Shown in pieces: positions 1 to 13,175 of a DNA stretch of 64,000 bases. Each line of letters starts with the position of its first letter. The first letter of the stretch is position 1. The stretch is taken from contig OX597819.1 of assembly GCA_951406725.2 (NCBI GenBank), positions 27,590,001-27,654,000 of the forward strand, read 5' to 3'. The DNA is from Octopus vulgaris. Lineage: Eukaryota. Under the pieces are notes generated by a model that saw only the letters and a program-made list of their open reading frames with translations, had not been told where the DNA came from and ran no database searches. Made by a program: the position numbers and the translations under genes.

Positions 1-79
1 AAGTATACACAAGCACATTGTTTACCAAAGGAATAAAACAAGGGAGATAATGATAATAATAGATTTTTTTTTTTTCATA

Positions 80-461
80 GGCGCAGGAGTGGCTATGTGG
101 TAAGTAGCTTGCTTACCAACCACATGGTTCCGGGTTCAGTCCCACTGCGTGGCATCTTGGGCAAGTGTCTTCTACTATAGCCTCGGGCCGACCAATGCCT
201 TGTGAGTGGATTTGGTAGACGGAAACTGTATTTGTGTGTATGGTTGTGTCTCTGTGTTTGTCCCCCTAGCATTGCTTGACAACCGATGCTGGTGTGTTTA
301 CGTCCCCGTCACTTAGCGGTTCGGCAAAACAGACCGATAGAATAAGTGCTGGGCTTACAAAGAATAAGTCCCGGGGTCGATTTGCTCGACTAAAGGCGGT
401 GCTCCAGCATGGCCGCAGTCAAATGACTGAAACAAGTAAAAGAGAGTAAAGAGTAAAGAGT
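80..461 (+). mobile_element. SINE family A, near full length (tRNA-derived head, internal microsatellite, CR1-like tail)
   Basis: Head ggcgcaggagtggctatgtggtaag...ggttcagtccc (A/B-box-like) and tail ggcggtgctccagcatggccgcagtcaaatgactgaaacaag(taaaagag)n; about 10 homologous copies in the window. Confidence 0.9.
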
Positions 462-602
462 ATGTATTCGCGTTGCTAATCACATCAACTGTTCAACATG
501 AATCGACTGGCCGAGAAGTAAAGTGCGGCACAGTTTTGTAACCAAGAAATATATCTCTGAAATATTTAATGAACGATTTGAAACCATACACACTCTGTAG
601 AT

Positions 603-1081
603 CAGAGGTTCTCCCCAATTTTTTTTTATCTATGGACTCCTGTGATTGCTATTTTATTCTGGTGGGTCCCCATAGTCATTTGGTGTTTAAAATGACTAAT
701 AGGTAAAAATGGTTTCAAATTGTGACACAAATTTTGAGCTAAGGGGTTAGTTGATAACGTCGACTCTTGTGGTCAACCGGTACTCATTTTATCGATCCCG
801 TGAGAGAAGTTAAATTTAACCTAGGCAGAATTTCATCTCAGATCTTAAAGAGTCTGAAGAAGACCGGCTAGGCATTTTATCCAACATGCTAACGATTCAG
901 ATATAATAATCTGAAGATCTAAGAGTCGAGAAAAATGGTAACCAAAACAAGCCCAAGTTCTATAAAAACTTCTTTCAAAATTGCTATTTTGTCTCTCAAA
1001 CATTAACAATATATATATATTGCGTGGACGTCCCCCCCTTACCACCCAAAATCTTATATGGACCCCAGTTGAGAACCTCTA
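603..1081. mobile_element. hAT/Charlie-like MITE containing a copied 260-bp insert
   Basis: Terminal inverted repeats agaggttctc (604-613) and gagaacctct (1071-1080); related ends at about 2230, 5430 and 8050. Confidence 0.55.
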
Positions 1082-1251
1082 CTGTGGGACATAGGGTGCA
1101 GATGGAGAAGAAAATATGACCAGATTTCAAGAGGTGCCCGGCTGATGACCTATTGGAGAAAAGCAAGAAATACAAAGAAGCCAAAAATTCAATCACGCTC
1201 AGAAGCATTTTGTACTTCTTACCGCACCGAACACACACAATGTTCACAATA

Positions 1252-2064
1252 GGTGCAAGAGTAGCTGTGTGGTAAGTAGCTGCACGGAGTACCCTGAGTG
1301 GCCTTCGCAGGTGGCTGCGGAGGTCCTATGGGAACGTGAACTGTGCAGGATCGTGAATTCCTTTCCGGAGGACTCCTATAGATTTGTACCTGTGTGGTCT
1401 GGCCTGGGACCGAGTGAGTGCTTCGATGAAGCAAGAGCGCTGGTCGGCCGGGTAACCTGAATTTTCTGTGTTTTAAAAGAAAAAAATAGAACATTGTATT
1501 ATATTGAGTAATAGGTTTATTGCCTCATTTGTGATTTTTTGAAAAAAGAAGATTGTTTTAGAGAAGCGGAAGTCGGCGGGCGCTTTCGTCTTCTCACATC
1601 ATCATCATTGTTCCATCACCATCATTCATATCATTAATGTCTATGTCCAGCCCGCAAAGCTGCATCTGTGTAATGCCCCTGTGGCAAATTAGATAAAATA
1701 AAGTAGCTTGCTTACCAACCACATGGTTCCGGGTTCAGTCCCACTGCGTGGCACCTTGGGCAAGTGTCGAGCCGACCAAAGCCTTGTGAGTGGATTTTGT
1801 AGACGGAAACTGAAAGAAGTCCGTCGTATATATGTATATTTATGTGTATATGTTTGCGTGGCTCTGTTTGTCCCCTCCCCCAACATCGCTTGACAGCCGA
1901 TAGTGGTTTGTTTACGTCCCCGTAACTTAGCGGTTCGGCATAAGAGAACGATAGAATAAGTACTAGGCTTACAAAGAATAAAACCCGGGGTCGATTTGCT
2001 CGACTAAAGGCGGTGCTCCAGCATGGCCACAGTCAAATGACTGAAACAAGTAAAAGAGTAAAGA

Positions 2065-2065
<1 letters not shown>
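1252..2065 (+). mobile_element. SINE family A interrupted by an insertion at 1282-1700
   Basis: Head 1252-1281 resumes at 1701; aagtagct is duplicated at 1274-1281 and 1701-1708. Confidence 0.85.
1282..1700 (+). mobile_element. 5'-truncated retroelement 3' end with 8-bp TSD
   Basis: Flanked by aagtagct direct repeats; A-rich 3' end (gataaaata); family not identified. Confidence 0.55.
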
Positions 2066-2108
<43 letters not shown>

Positions 2109-2830
2109 ATCACGTGATATATATCGACCAGGCCATCAGATATTGCTACATATATATATGAAATTTTGAATTTAGTTCACGGACCCCCAGTACTACCTTT
2201 GCGTGCAACCATGGGTTCGCGGACCCCAGTTTGGGAGCCGCTGGCTTAGAAGAAGCTTTTTTACGCTTTCTATAAATTTCTCGGTAACACTGAATGATTT
2301 GTTATGGTAGTAGAAACTTTTGCACTTCATTCGAAATTTGTATCTTGTGTTTGAAAAATTTCTGCTCACCATACAAAAGTGAGCTGAAAAATAAACTCGT
2401 AAACCAGGATCTCGTAAAGCGAGTCCTCGTAAAGAAAGGCATTACTGTATTTACTATAAGACATATTTTCCCATGCCAAATGTATGACTAATTCTATGTC
2501 TTAAAGGCATGTCTTGGATCTTAGGTCTCCTCTCTCTCCCTCTCCAACTTCTCCTGGGTCTCCTTCTCTCTCTCCTCACCACTCTTCCCCTCTTGTGCTT
2601 TGTTTTGTTAGTTTGGCTTTTGAAGCACGCGACATAATTTTATTAAAAATTACAAAATATCACAAAATACCAAAAATCCTTGACTTTCAAGAAGAGAGTA
2701 TTTATGATGAAGGAAGGTCAACGTTAAATAAGTGAATATAGGACTTTCAACCTTTGATAAACTTCCCAAACGGAAGCATCAACGTTTTCTCCCTTCATCT
2801 ATCGTAATTATTTTTCTTCTTCCTCTTCTT

Positions 2831-2952
<122 letters not shown>

Positions 2953-2970
2953 CATTATTATTATTATAAA

Positions 2971-3140
2971 AGCGGTGATCTGGTAGAATCGTTAGCACAC
3001 CTGTCAAAATGCTTAGCGGCATTTGGTCTTTATGCTCCGAGTTCAAATTCCGCCGAAATCGCCTGTCAAGCACTGGGGTCAGTGTAATCGACTAATCTCC
3101 TCCCTCAAAATTTCAGGCCCATAACAGAAAGGGTTATTAT
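2971..3140 (+). mobile_element. SINE family B, internally deleted
   Basis: gcggtgatctggtagaatcgttagc...gagttcaaattccgccga matches other family B copies. Confidence 0.75.
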
Positions 3141-3241
3141 AGATTATTTTTAGCTTCTTTAAATTTTTTTCAACACGTCTAACTGCATATTCATTTTCCC
3201 CCCGTTTCTATACAAAAGCGATTAATTATAAATTCAAAACA

Positions 3242-3550
3242 AGATCACTCGGAAAGCGCAAACCTCCGCCAAGGCAACACCAACGTCCTCTCAACAATTT
3301 GCTCTCACAAACAAAAATACTAAAAATGAACCCGACCGTTCTCAAAAATTAAGGAAAAAAAAATAATCCAGAATCCTTGTCTGGTACCGGATCAATCACA
3401 ACATCTAATCAGTTCGTGCCAGTCGCGAGGCCAAACATCCCGAAAGTTTCATCCGAATCCATCCAGCGGTTCTTGAGATATCTTGTCCACGGACAAACAA
3501 ACAAATACGACTGAAAACAATACCTCCGGCTTAGCGAAGGCGGATGCAAT
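3242..3550 (-). mobile_element. Helentron/DINE-like non-autonomous element
   Basis: Subterminal cctccgcc-type motifs at both ends, (gttt)n after the 5' motif and a short 3' hairpin; typical HINE layout. Confidence 0.55.
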
Positions 3551-4274
3551 AATGTGAAATATAACTAAAAAAATCCATCTTAATAACTTCTTTGCTGTGT
3601 ATTTGTTGAGTGACCAAACTAAAATAGATAAAAATGGTTTCAAATTTTGACACAAATTTTGAGCTAAGGGGTTAGTCGATAACGTCGACTCTTGTGGTCA
3701 ACCGGTACTCATTTTATCGATCCCGTGAGAGAAGTTAAATTTAACCTAGGCAGAATTTCATCTCAGATCTTAAAGAGTCTGAAGAAGACCGGCTAGGCAT
3801 TTTATCCAACGTGTTAACGATTCAGATATAATAATCTGAAGATCTTTGCAATCCTCGATCTAAGAGTCGAGAAAAATGGTAACCAAGCCAAGCCCAAGCC
3901 CACATCACATTCTGTCCACTTTGATTTGATTTTAGACTGAACCAACACGCCCCCACTCCTCCTTCTCTCCCACCCCTCTCCCTCTCCTTAATATGCCATC
4001 GATTAAAGACAGATCTTGTAATTGTATACAGAGTACAAACAACCAAGAGAGACGAGGACAACAAACAAACAAAGGCACTTTTATGCAAACACTCGAACTG
4101 CAAGAAATAACAGCTATATCACACACAAATCACACGCTATAATTTTATTGACAAGACGCATCGAATAATGTCGTCCTAGATACATGATATCTGAGATAGA
4201 GACAGAAGCATACCTTGATCATAAGTCTTCTTGATTGTAGTTGATCTAACCCTAAACAATATTATCTACAGCAA

Positions 4275-4545
4275 GGCGGTGAGCTGGCAGAATCGTTAGT
4301 ACATCGGGCGAAATGCCCAGAGGTATTTCGTCTGCCGTTACGTTCTGAGTTCAAATTCCGCCGAGGTCGACTTTGCCTTTTATCTTTTCAGGGTCGATTA
4401 AATAAGTACCAGTTACGCACTGAGATCGATGTAAATTAGATACCGGTTGATAAATTAGGTACCTGTTGCTTACTGGAGTCGATCTAATCGACTGCCACCC
4501 TCCCCAAAGATTTCGGGCCTTGTGCGAAGAGTAGAAAAGATTATT
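4275..4545 (+). mobile_element. SINE family B (tRNA-derived)
   Basis: ggcggtgagctggcagaatcgttag...gagttcaaattccgccgaggtcgactttgccttt...ggggtcgat...gtaccag; more than 12 copies in the window. Confidence 0.88.
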
Positions 4546-5075
4546 ATCAGCAGTAAGTGGAGACAATTTATATTCATAGTGAAGAATATTGCGGCGAGTA
4601 GTTAATGGACTTTGTTCGGTCTTTGAGTGATTAATTAAATTATATTATAACATTTATATGCAATCAAGCAAATTGGATTGTAGAGACACCAGAAGAAATG
4701 TATAGAGGACAAGACAATAAGCCTACGTTGTCTCCAAGTTATCCATTCTGAGGGTACTTTGTTCCTACCAAGGAATCTCAAATCTTGACAGAGTTGTCAT
4801 ATGGCGTATCTTAAGGATATTAAGCCTACCGAAGTCCATACTTGTATTGGTCTGAGCGCAGCCAATTTCTTTTAAATATAGGAAAAATGGGGAAAGGGAA
4901 AAGGAGAAAACAAATTGACACTGTACTACGATTTTATCCACCCTGAAAGGATAAAAGAGTAAGTCCACGACACTGTGATTTGAAACCAGAATGCCGAAAC
5001 AAATATCGCATACATTCTAATCGGCGCTCTAAGGATTCTACCAATTCACAGCGTATACACAGACGGTACTAATAT

Positions 5076-5233
5076 CCTTTCTACTAAAGGCACAAGGCTT
5101 GAAATTTGGGCGGTGGGAGGGGGGGAGGCACTAGTCGATTACATCGACCCCAGTGTTTCACTGGTACTTAATTTATCGATTCCGAAAGGATGAAAGGCAA
5201 AGTCGACTTCGGCGGAATTTGAACTCAGAACGT
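5076..5233 (-). mobile_element. SINE family B, 3' part
   Basis: Reverse complement of the family B core and tail. Confidence 0.8.
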
Positions 5234-5654
5234 GGGTGGTGGGATAATATGTATATTTCTTGATAGCAAGATAGGTTAGATAGCATGATGTATATATAAC
5301 AATATTACAATAACCAATGCGTTGTGCATGCATAGCAATATTACGATCATGAAATTAGCATATCTCACTCTTTCTCGCGGAACACCTAGGAACCTTTTGC
5401 GGAACCCTAGGGTTCCAGGGAACCCCAGTTGAGAAACGCTAAAATTGCAAGTATTCTGTTTTAACCCTTTGCTTATCCTGAGTATTACAAGAATTAAAAA
5501 AAGTAAAGACCCTCTTTGGTCATGAATGATCATGGGACTGCGCCTGGAATATTCCACTCCGAGGCACAAGTCCGGGCAAAGTTGTTTATGGAAGACCACC
5601 AGTCCCTCATGCTTACCATGACTCCCCTCTCTGCACCATTATATGTACATATGG

Positions 5655-5995
5655 TAAAGGCTAAAGAGCCCTTTTGGTCACGAATGACCAAGGGGATTGC
5701 GCCTAGAAAGTTACTCTCCAAGGCACAAGTCCGGGCTAAGTTGTTTGTAGAAGACCAGCAGTCACCCATGTATACCAGCCTCCCTTCTCCACGTCACTGA
5801 TGTTATCCAAGGGAATGGCAAAGGTCGATATAGCATGGCACCAGTGACGTTGCAACTCATTTCTACAGCTGAGTGAACTGGAGCAACGTGAAATAAAGTG
5901 TCTTGTCCAAGAACACAATACAGCCCAGTCCAGGAATGAAACTCACTACGTCATCATTGTGAGCCTGGTGCTCTAACCACTGTGCTATGCGCCTT
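5655..5995 (-). mobile_element. SINE family C (tRNA-derived); an extra partial tail copy lies at about 5505-5640
   Basis: Reverse complement of the copies at 10042 and 21962. Confidence 0.85.
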
Positions 5996-6448
5996 TATCA
6001 CATGAATTACACAGAACATATTTCGTTTGCGTCCCTGCATCGTATATGATACACATACTCAATTTTCTTCTTCAACGCCTTCAGATTAACTTGAGAGTTA
6101 TGAAAGGGAAGCGCTTTATTATTTCACTCAGAACTTATGAAACAAGGTCCAACTAAAAGTTAGCGAAACAAGTATGGACATTTAGGTCAAATTTCTGAAA
6201 ATTATTAGGACAGGTAAAGGGTTACGTGTCAGGAGCCACTCGTGATATGTGTGTGTGGGGGTATGAATAGAACTTTGGTAGTGGCTGTATGGTCAGTAGC
6301 TTGCTTACCAACCACATGGTTCCGGGTTCAGTCCCACTGCGTGGCACCTTGGGCAAGTGTCCTTCTACTATAGCCTCGGGCCGACCAAAGCCTTGTGAGT
6401 GGATTTGGTAGACGGAAACTGAAAGAAGCCTGTCTTATATGTGTTTAC

Positions 6449-6487
<39 letters not shown>

Positions 6488-6585
6488 TGGAAAAATTAAA
6501 AAGGCAGAATGCTAAATTGAAGGAAAATTTTAATGAAAATGGGTGCATGGAAAATTTTGAAAAATTGATAAAATATATATATATT

Positions 6586-6627
6586 AATTCAAACCAGTTT
6601 TCGTCACAATGTGACTTTTCAAGAATT
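6586..6627 (-). ncRNA. Minimal type I hammerhead ribozyme, U3-A8 variant
   Basis: aattc|TTGAAAA|gtcac att gtgac|GAAA|actggt|T|T|gaatt. Confidence 0.7.
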
Positions 6628-6831
6628 GTAAGGTGGAAATCTCAATCCTCCAAGGTAATTTTTTCAAGAACTATCATTAAACTCGAGATACACAAAGACT
6701 TTACAATGTATCGGAATACCTATTTTTTAATTTTTGTACATGTTTATTGTTATTTTTTTGCAAAAAACAATGTAATTTTCTTTTTTGCCCCTCATCAAAC
6801 ATAAACAAAAAAAATTTTCTTTCCACCTTAC

Positions 6832-6873
6832 AATTCTTGAAAAGTCACATTGTGACGAAAACCGTTTTGAATT
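6832..6873 (+). ncRNA. Minimal type I hammerhead ribozyme, U3-A8 variant
   Basis: aattc|TTGAAAA|gtcac att gtgac|GAAA|accgtt|T|T|gaatt; the two copies imply a palindromic accggt loop. Confidence 0.7.
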
Positions 6874-7009
6874 AATATATATATATATTTTATTAATTTT
6901 TCAAAATTTTCCATACATCCATTTTCATTAAAATTTTCCTTCTGTCTTTTTAATATTTCCTTGCCTATCATTTCTCCACGTGCGGTCAACACAACCCCAC
7001 CATTTATTG

Positions 7010-7055
<46 letters not shown>

Positions 7056-7574
7056 TTGTGTGTGTGTGTGTGTTTGTGTGTCTGTGTTTGTCCCCCACCA
7101 ACATGGCTTGACAACCGATGGTGGCGTGTTTACGTCCTCGTAACTTAGCGGTTCAGTAAAAGAGATCCGATGGAATAAGTGCTCGGCTAACAAAGAATAA
7201 GTGCGGGGGGTCGATTTGCTCGACTAAAGGCGGTGCTCCAGCATGGCCGCAGTCAAATGACTAAAACAAGTGAAAGAATAAAAGAGTAAAGGTGTTGGAA
7301 ACAAGGAAGGCAGAAAGTGATGAAGATAAAAGGGGTTGTTTTGTGATGGTGATGACGATGGTGGCGTTTGATGTTGTCGGCAAAGGTGCTAATGGTAGTT
7401 GCGATATTGTTGTTCTGTTGTGGTGGTGGTGGTGGTGGTGATGGTGGTGGTGGTGGTTTTGGTGGTCTTGCTGTCGATGTTATCATTGATGTTGTTAGTG
7501 GCGGTGTTGTAGGTGGTAGTAGTGATGGTGGCAGTGGCAGTGGTGTTTGTGTTATTTGGCAATAGTAGCGGTAA

Positions 7575-7608
<34 letters not shown>

Positions 7609-8316
7609 GCTTTTGTTATGCTGGTGGAACACTGAAAATACAGCCAAAACAAATTAAAATAAATAAATAAACAAATATTCATACAAACAAATAAAACAAA
7701 ATAAATTAAATAAATAAATAAATAAATAAATAAAATACGAGAACTCTTCGCACTTCGGAGAGTTTCAAAATAATAGCAAAACTAGAACAAATGTTTCAAA
7801 GAAATATAAAAAAAAATCGAAGAAAATCATGCAAAAAAAAACATTAAAAAATATATTGATTACATTGTTTTATTAATCATATTTGTGTTATAACATAATA
7901 ATTATTATGAGTAACACGTTTTTTTTTTTCCAAGACATTTAGCCATTAAGAATAGATTTTCTAATGCCATAAATTATAGATTGAAAAATCTGCGATGCAC
8001 CTAGGAACCTCTTTGCCGCGCACCTAGATATCCCTGGCGGTGCACAGTTTGAGAACCACAGCAGTTGATGATAACATACGTTCTCTGTCTATTAATTTGG
8101 TAGGTAGGAGGAAGAGGTGGAGGTTAAGGGAGGAGGAGGAGAGATGAGAAGAGAAGTGAAGAGAAGGATTCGTCACACGGAAAACTTATTGGTTCCCTCT
8201 TTTATTTATTTATTTATTTATTTATTTGTTATGGCCTCTTTTTATCTTTTTCTTTTTCGATTTTTTCTTCTCTTTCTCTTCTTCGTCACCTTCAACTACT
8301 ACCACTATTACCACTA

Positions 8317-8361
<45 letters not shown>

Positions 8362-9236
8362 TCACTACTACTACTACTACAACTACTACTACTAAAGATT
8401 CTACTACTACTATTACTACTACTGCTACTAAAGCTTCTACTACTACTATTACTACTAGAGCTACTACTACTACCATTATCGCTGATGCTACTACTACTAC
8501 TACTACTACTACTACAACTACTTCCATTGCCACAGCGCGTGTATGTATGTATATATATATATATATATATATGTGCGTGTGTGTGTGTATGTATATATGT
8601 GTGTGTATGCGTGTGTGTGTGTGTGCATGTCTATACACGCACACACACAGATTAATATGTGTATGTGATTTTATGCGTGCGTGTGTGTGAGAGAGAGAGA
8701 GAGAGAGCAAGAGAGAGTCTTCTGTCACATTCTTTCTTCCATTTTCGCTTCCCTAGTTCATACCTTCCTTCTTTAAAACAGCGTCACACACCTAAAACTT
8801 ACACATACATTTCTGTCACACCCTCCACGCTCCGTTGTATTCTCTTTGACTTCACACTCACGCTCGCACCCACCCACTGACACCCATAATATGATTATAC
8901 ACACATATGATAATATGATTATACACACACGTACACACACTCACCAGCACCTCACACCCCCACTAATCACGCCATTATACTTTCGCACTTGCATACCTTT
9001 ACACACAGAGCACTAGAAAATAATTCACACTATTCCGGTCTTTCCGTATACCTATCTCAAAATGCGGATATATGCATAAATGTACGCCCACGCACGCGCT
9101 CGCGCGCTTTCTTTTCCCTTTTGAACTTTCCCCATAGAACAGCACACTCCACTGGCTTCTAACCCCTCACCCGTTTTTTACTTTCCGTTTTCCTCTCTTA
9201 TCAGCCACTTTTCTTCTTTCTCACTTCCCTATACTT

Positions 9237-9273
9237 TCGTTCTGATGAAGGATTAACATCAGAAACGTTACGA
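9237..9273 (+). ncRNA. Degenerate minimal hammerhead motif
   Basis: tcgtt|CTGATGA|a|ggat taac atca|GAAA|cg|tt|acga; core intact, stems imperfect. Confidence 0.5.
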
Positions 9274-9742
9274 CGTTCTCTCATCTTTTAAGCATTAAGC
9301 GAGCAAGTAACTGTTAAAACTTGTCCATACTCGTTGTTCATTGCATTTACCCTCTCTCTCTATATATATATATATACATATATATACACATATATATACA
9401 CATATATACACACACATATATATATACATATATATACACATATATATATAGACATATATATATACACATATATATATGCATATATATATATATATATATG
9501 CATATACATATACATAAATATATATACATATATATATATACATATATATATATATACATATATATATATACATATATATATATACACATATATATATATA
9601 TACATATATATACACATATATATATACATATATATATACACATATATATATACATATATATATATACATATATATATACATATATATATATAAATATATA
9701 TATACATATATATATACATATATATGTACATATATATATATA

Positions 9743-9786
<44 letters not shown>

Positions 9787-9798
9787 GTATACATATAT

Positions 9799-9829
<31 letters not shown>

Positions 9830-9876
9830 CATATATATATACATATATACATATATATATATACATATATACATAC

Positions 9877-9944
<68 letters not shown>

Positions 9945-10041
9945 ATGAAGGGTGAAATTAATTAATTTGGAATAATTATCAATTACACCAAGTAGTCTTC
10001 GGCATGTAAAAGCCTCATTCGAGGAAAATTTAATATTAGTG

Positions 10042-10365
10042 AATGCGCATGGCTCAGTTGTTAGAGCATCGAGCTTGCGATTGTGAGGCTGTGAGTTCGA
10101 ATCCCGGACTGGGTTGCGTGTTGTGTTCTTGAGCAAGACACTTTATTTCATGTTGCTCCAGTTCACTCAGCTGTAGAAATGAGTTGCGACGTCACAGGTC
10201 CCAAGCTGTATCGGCCTTTCCCTTGGATAACACTGGTGGCGTGGAGAAGGGAGGCCGGTATGCATGGACGACTACTGGTCTTCCATAAACAACCCTGCCC
10301 GGACTTGTACCTGGGAGGGTAACCTTCTATGTGCAATCCCATGGTAATTCATGACCGAAAGGGAT
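10042..10365 (+). mobile_element. SINE family C, full length
   Basis: tRNA-like head tggctcagttgttagagc...gagttcgaatccc followed by the conserved body ttgtgttcttgagcaagacactttatttca. Confidence 0.88.
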
Positions 10366-11119
10366 CTCAGCATGCATGCATGTATGTATGTATGTATGTA
10401 TGTATGTATGTATGTATGTATGTATGTATGTATGTCATTATACAATTTTGTTTCAAGATTTTTATCCAATAGAGAAAGAGCTGGTTTCTAACCTAGATCC
10501 AATACTTCTTCATTGGAATTTCAATATCAACAACAAGGTATTTTTGCATATATGTATGCCAGCAGATTTGTATGTTTTATTTTATGTGTCTTCTCATGTA
10601 TATACTCGCATATCTTGACATGCTCATAAATACTTAAATGATACATAACCCCAAGAGAAATGAATTCTGTAATTACGGTTTCTTCTATAACTACAGCTAA
10701 AAAGAATCTGTTTACCTGTTGAGCTGTTGTTTTCGTTCTGTTCCTCGGATGTTTTGTTGTTGTTGATGTTTTGTCCAGCCATGTTGTTTGTAGTAACTCT
10801 CTCTCCATGGTAAACTCAAGTTTCAGCAGAGAATCGCAACGATCGTGAATAAAAGATTCCCTCAGTTAATTCATCTGAAGATTAACCAATCATTTAACGG
10901 GGCAGATAGTTGTAACTCCAAAGTTGGAGATAGTGTCCATCGTATTTTCGATAAATAGTCTCCCACGCCAAATATACGATTTGTCGCTTCAAGTTCGTAC
11001 TACGTACGTACGTACGTACCTACGTATGTATGTATGTATGTATGTATGTATGTATGTATGTATGTATGTATGTATGTATGTATGTATGTATGTATGTATG
11101 TCGCTCTTGCGTCTCACGT

Positions 11120-11360
11120 TTGAACTTTGACTTCTGGCCGGAATCAGATCGCCATGTTGATTCACTAGCTTCTGCACGCATTTTTCTCTCTCCTTGTTTC
11201 TCTCCGTGTTTCTTTTCTGTGTATCTTTCTGTTGAAGAGCGTAGGCTCGAAACGTAAAAAACTTGTTTTATTTATATTCCTGAGCCCCATACTAATACAA
11301 TTGTTTGTTTGTATTCCACCTGCCTTCGTCTTTTGTTTATTTTCATAAAGCTTCCATTTA
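11120..11360 (+). mobile_element. PLE-type pseudo-LTR fragment with hammerhead-like motif at 11226-11259
   Basis: ttt|CTGTTGA|a|gagc gtag gctc|GAAA|cg|T|A|aaa (A6U change); downstream ttcctgagc...aatac...tccac is shared with 58760-58980. Confidence 0.55.
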
Positions 11361-11449
11361 TATATGTGTGTATATATATATATACACACACATATATATA
11401 CATTCACACACAAACGTGCACTCAATCACATACACAACACACACAACAC

Positions 11450-11522
<73 letters not shown>

Positions 11523-11660
11523 CGGAGATGTGCTTGCATAGCAAGTGACCTGATCTGAGATCGTATGCTAGAACGAAAACAATTGCAGCGTAGATGGTGT
11601 TTATAAGCCATTTAAGAAACATACAAAATCCGTTCGATTCACTTCAACATTTAAACTTAA

Positions 11661-11711
11661 TTTGTCAAAATATTTTCGTCGCTTTGAGACCGCGACATGT
11701 TCACTGACAAA
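11661..11711 (-). ncRNA. Minimal type I hammerhead ribozyme, G3-C8 variant
   Basis: tttgtca|GTGAACA|t|gtcgc ggtctcaaa gcgac|GAAA|atat|T|T|tgacaaa; 7-bp stem I, 5-bp stem II, palindromic loop III; lies in a 200-bp segment flanked by (TA)n. Confidence 0.72.
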
Positions 11712-13175
11712 ATTCCGTGCTTCATCTCTCTCTATATATATATATGGTACTACATTGACCAATTTGAACTTCCTTTTTTATAAAATCATGTTGTAGTTTG
11801 AGATGTATCCGCTGCTATTTCTAGCACGTAATGCAGCTGCATAAAGATCTGTTGTTTGTTGGTGCTGCTGTGCACTTCTTTTGCTGTAGGTATGTGTGTT
11901 GATATTGTTGTTGTTACTGTTGCTATTGTTGTTGCACTACTTTATTTTGTATCTGCACGTTATAAAGTTTTCGATGTTGCTGTTATTGTTGTTGTTGCTC
12001 TTGTTGTTTGGGCCCCATGTCAATCAAGACCGTCTTAAAACATCAACACACTGGGAGGTTGCACTGGGGCCACGGAGGTCTAAATGTGATCTATGTATTC
12101 TGAGGTTTACTGTCAATAAATAAACACTATAGAGCCAAGTACACTGATTGGCCCGGAAGCCTGTAATGTTGCTAAGGCGGCCCTGATGTCAACCATTTCC
12201 TGACACACCTATGATCGAAATTTTTCCAGCCGTGATTGTTCCACCCTATCTAAAGCTGAAGTGCATTTAGGATCACTTCAGCCAAAATGTCCTTCTTCCT
12301 GAAAGAGCATGAAGAAGGGATATAATTTGAGACACATTTCGCTAATACTGGCTTCAAATTTTAGCAGAAGGCTAAAAAGTTAGGGGAAGGGCGTAAATCA
12401 ATCATATCAACCCCAATCCTAAAGAGGCATTCATTTTATCTACTCCAAGAGGATGAAAAAGTCTGCCTCGGCAGAATTTGAACTCAAAACGTTAAGGCAG
12501 AAGAAATGCTGCTAGGCATTTTGTCTGGCGTATTAACGATTTCGCCGGCTCCATCGCAGCTGTCCATGACACGACTCGCAACCCTTATTGTACTCTGTAC
12601 TCACAGAACATTGAGCAGCTGTTATGATGTCGGCATTTTGATCTCTTTGGATGAGATATTGTGTCTTCTTTTCACTTTATACAAACTGTCAAATTTAGTC
12701 CAACACCTTGTAACAGAACATTTAATGGAAGTATTGATATGAATTTTCAGCGAATCATTTACCGACATCAGAATTATATCCCTTACTATTTCACACATGA
12801 CCCTATAAAGGACAGGAACATAATCACAACCCCTTCATCAGTTTTCTCATATCGCTTTCTTTAACAACATCCCACCCTTTGTAAATATCAACCCGCTGAA
12901 AGCTATATACTGTTACAAGTAACAAGTATGTTCTGTTTTGTTTTTGTTTTTTTTTTATTTAAAGCTGGAGTGTAACCTATTTTAGTCGCGTGTAATGACT
13001 TTCAACGTGAAGGTCATCATATATACAAACATAGGGCAGGGTGTCAATAGCGAAGATATAAAACATCATTGCAACTGAAATTTGAACATTTCACAAAAGC
13101 ACCAACACGAGTTTAAGTAAAACACAAATAGATTATAGCAACAATAACAATAACAACAACCACAATAATAATAAT

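Larger units (their letters stand above)
6489..6960. mobile_element. Inverted pair of PLE-type pseudo-LTR fragments, one HHR per arm
   Basis: About 6489-6639 is the reverse complement of about 6820-6960 with a few substitutions and indels. Confidence 0.75.
6278..7290 (+). mobile_element. SINE family A split at its (TA)n tract by an inverted HHR element
   Basis: 5' half at 6278-6437 and 3' half at about 7050-7290. Confidence 0.85.

Noticed and set aside
9985-10035. Minus-strand hammerhead-like tcgaatga-ggc...gcc-gaag
   Set aside because: Both core segments deviate and stem I is only 2 bp; insufficient support.
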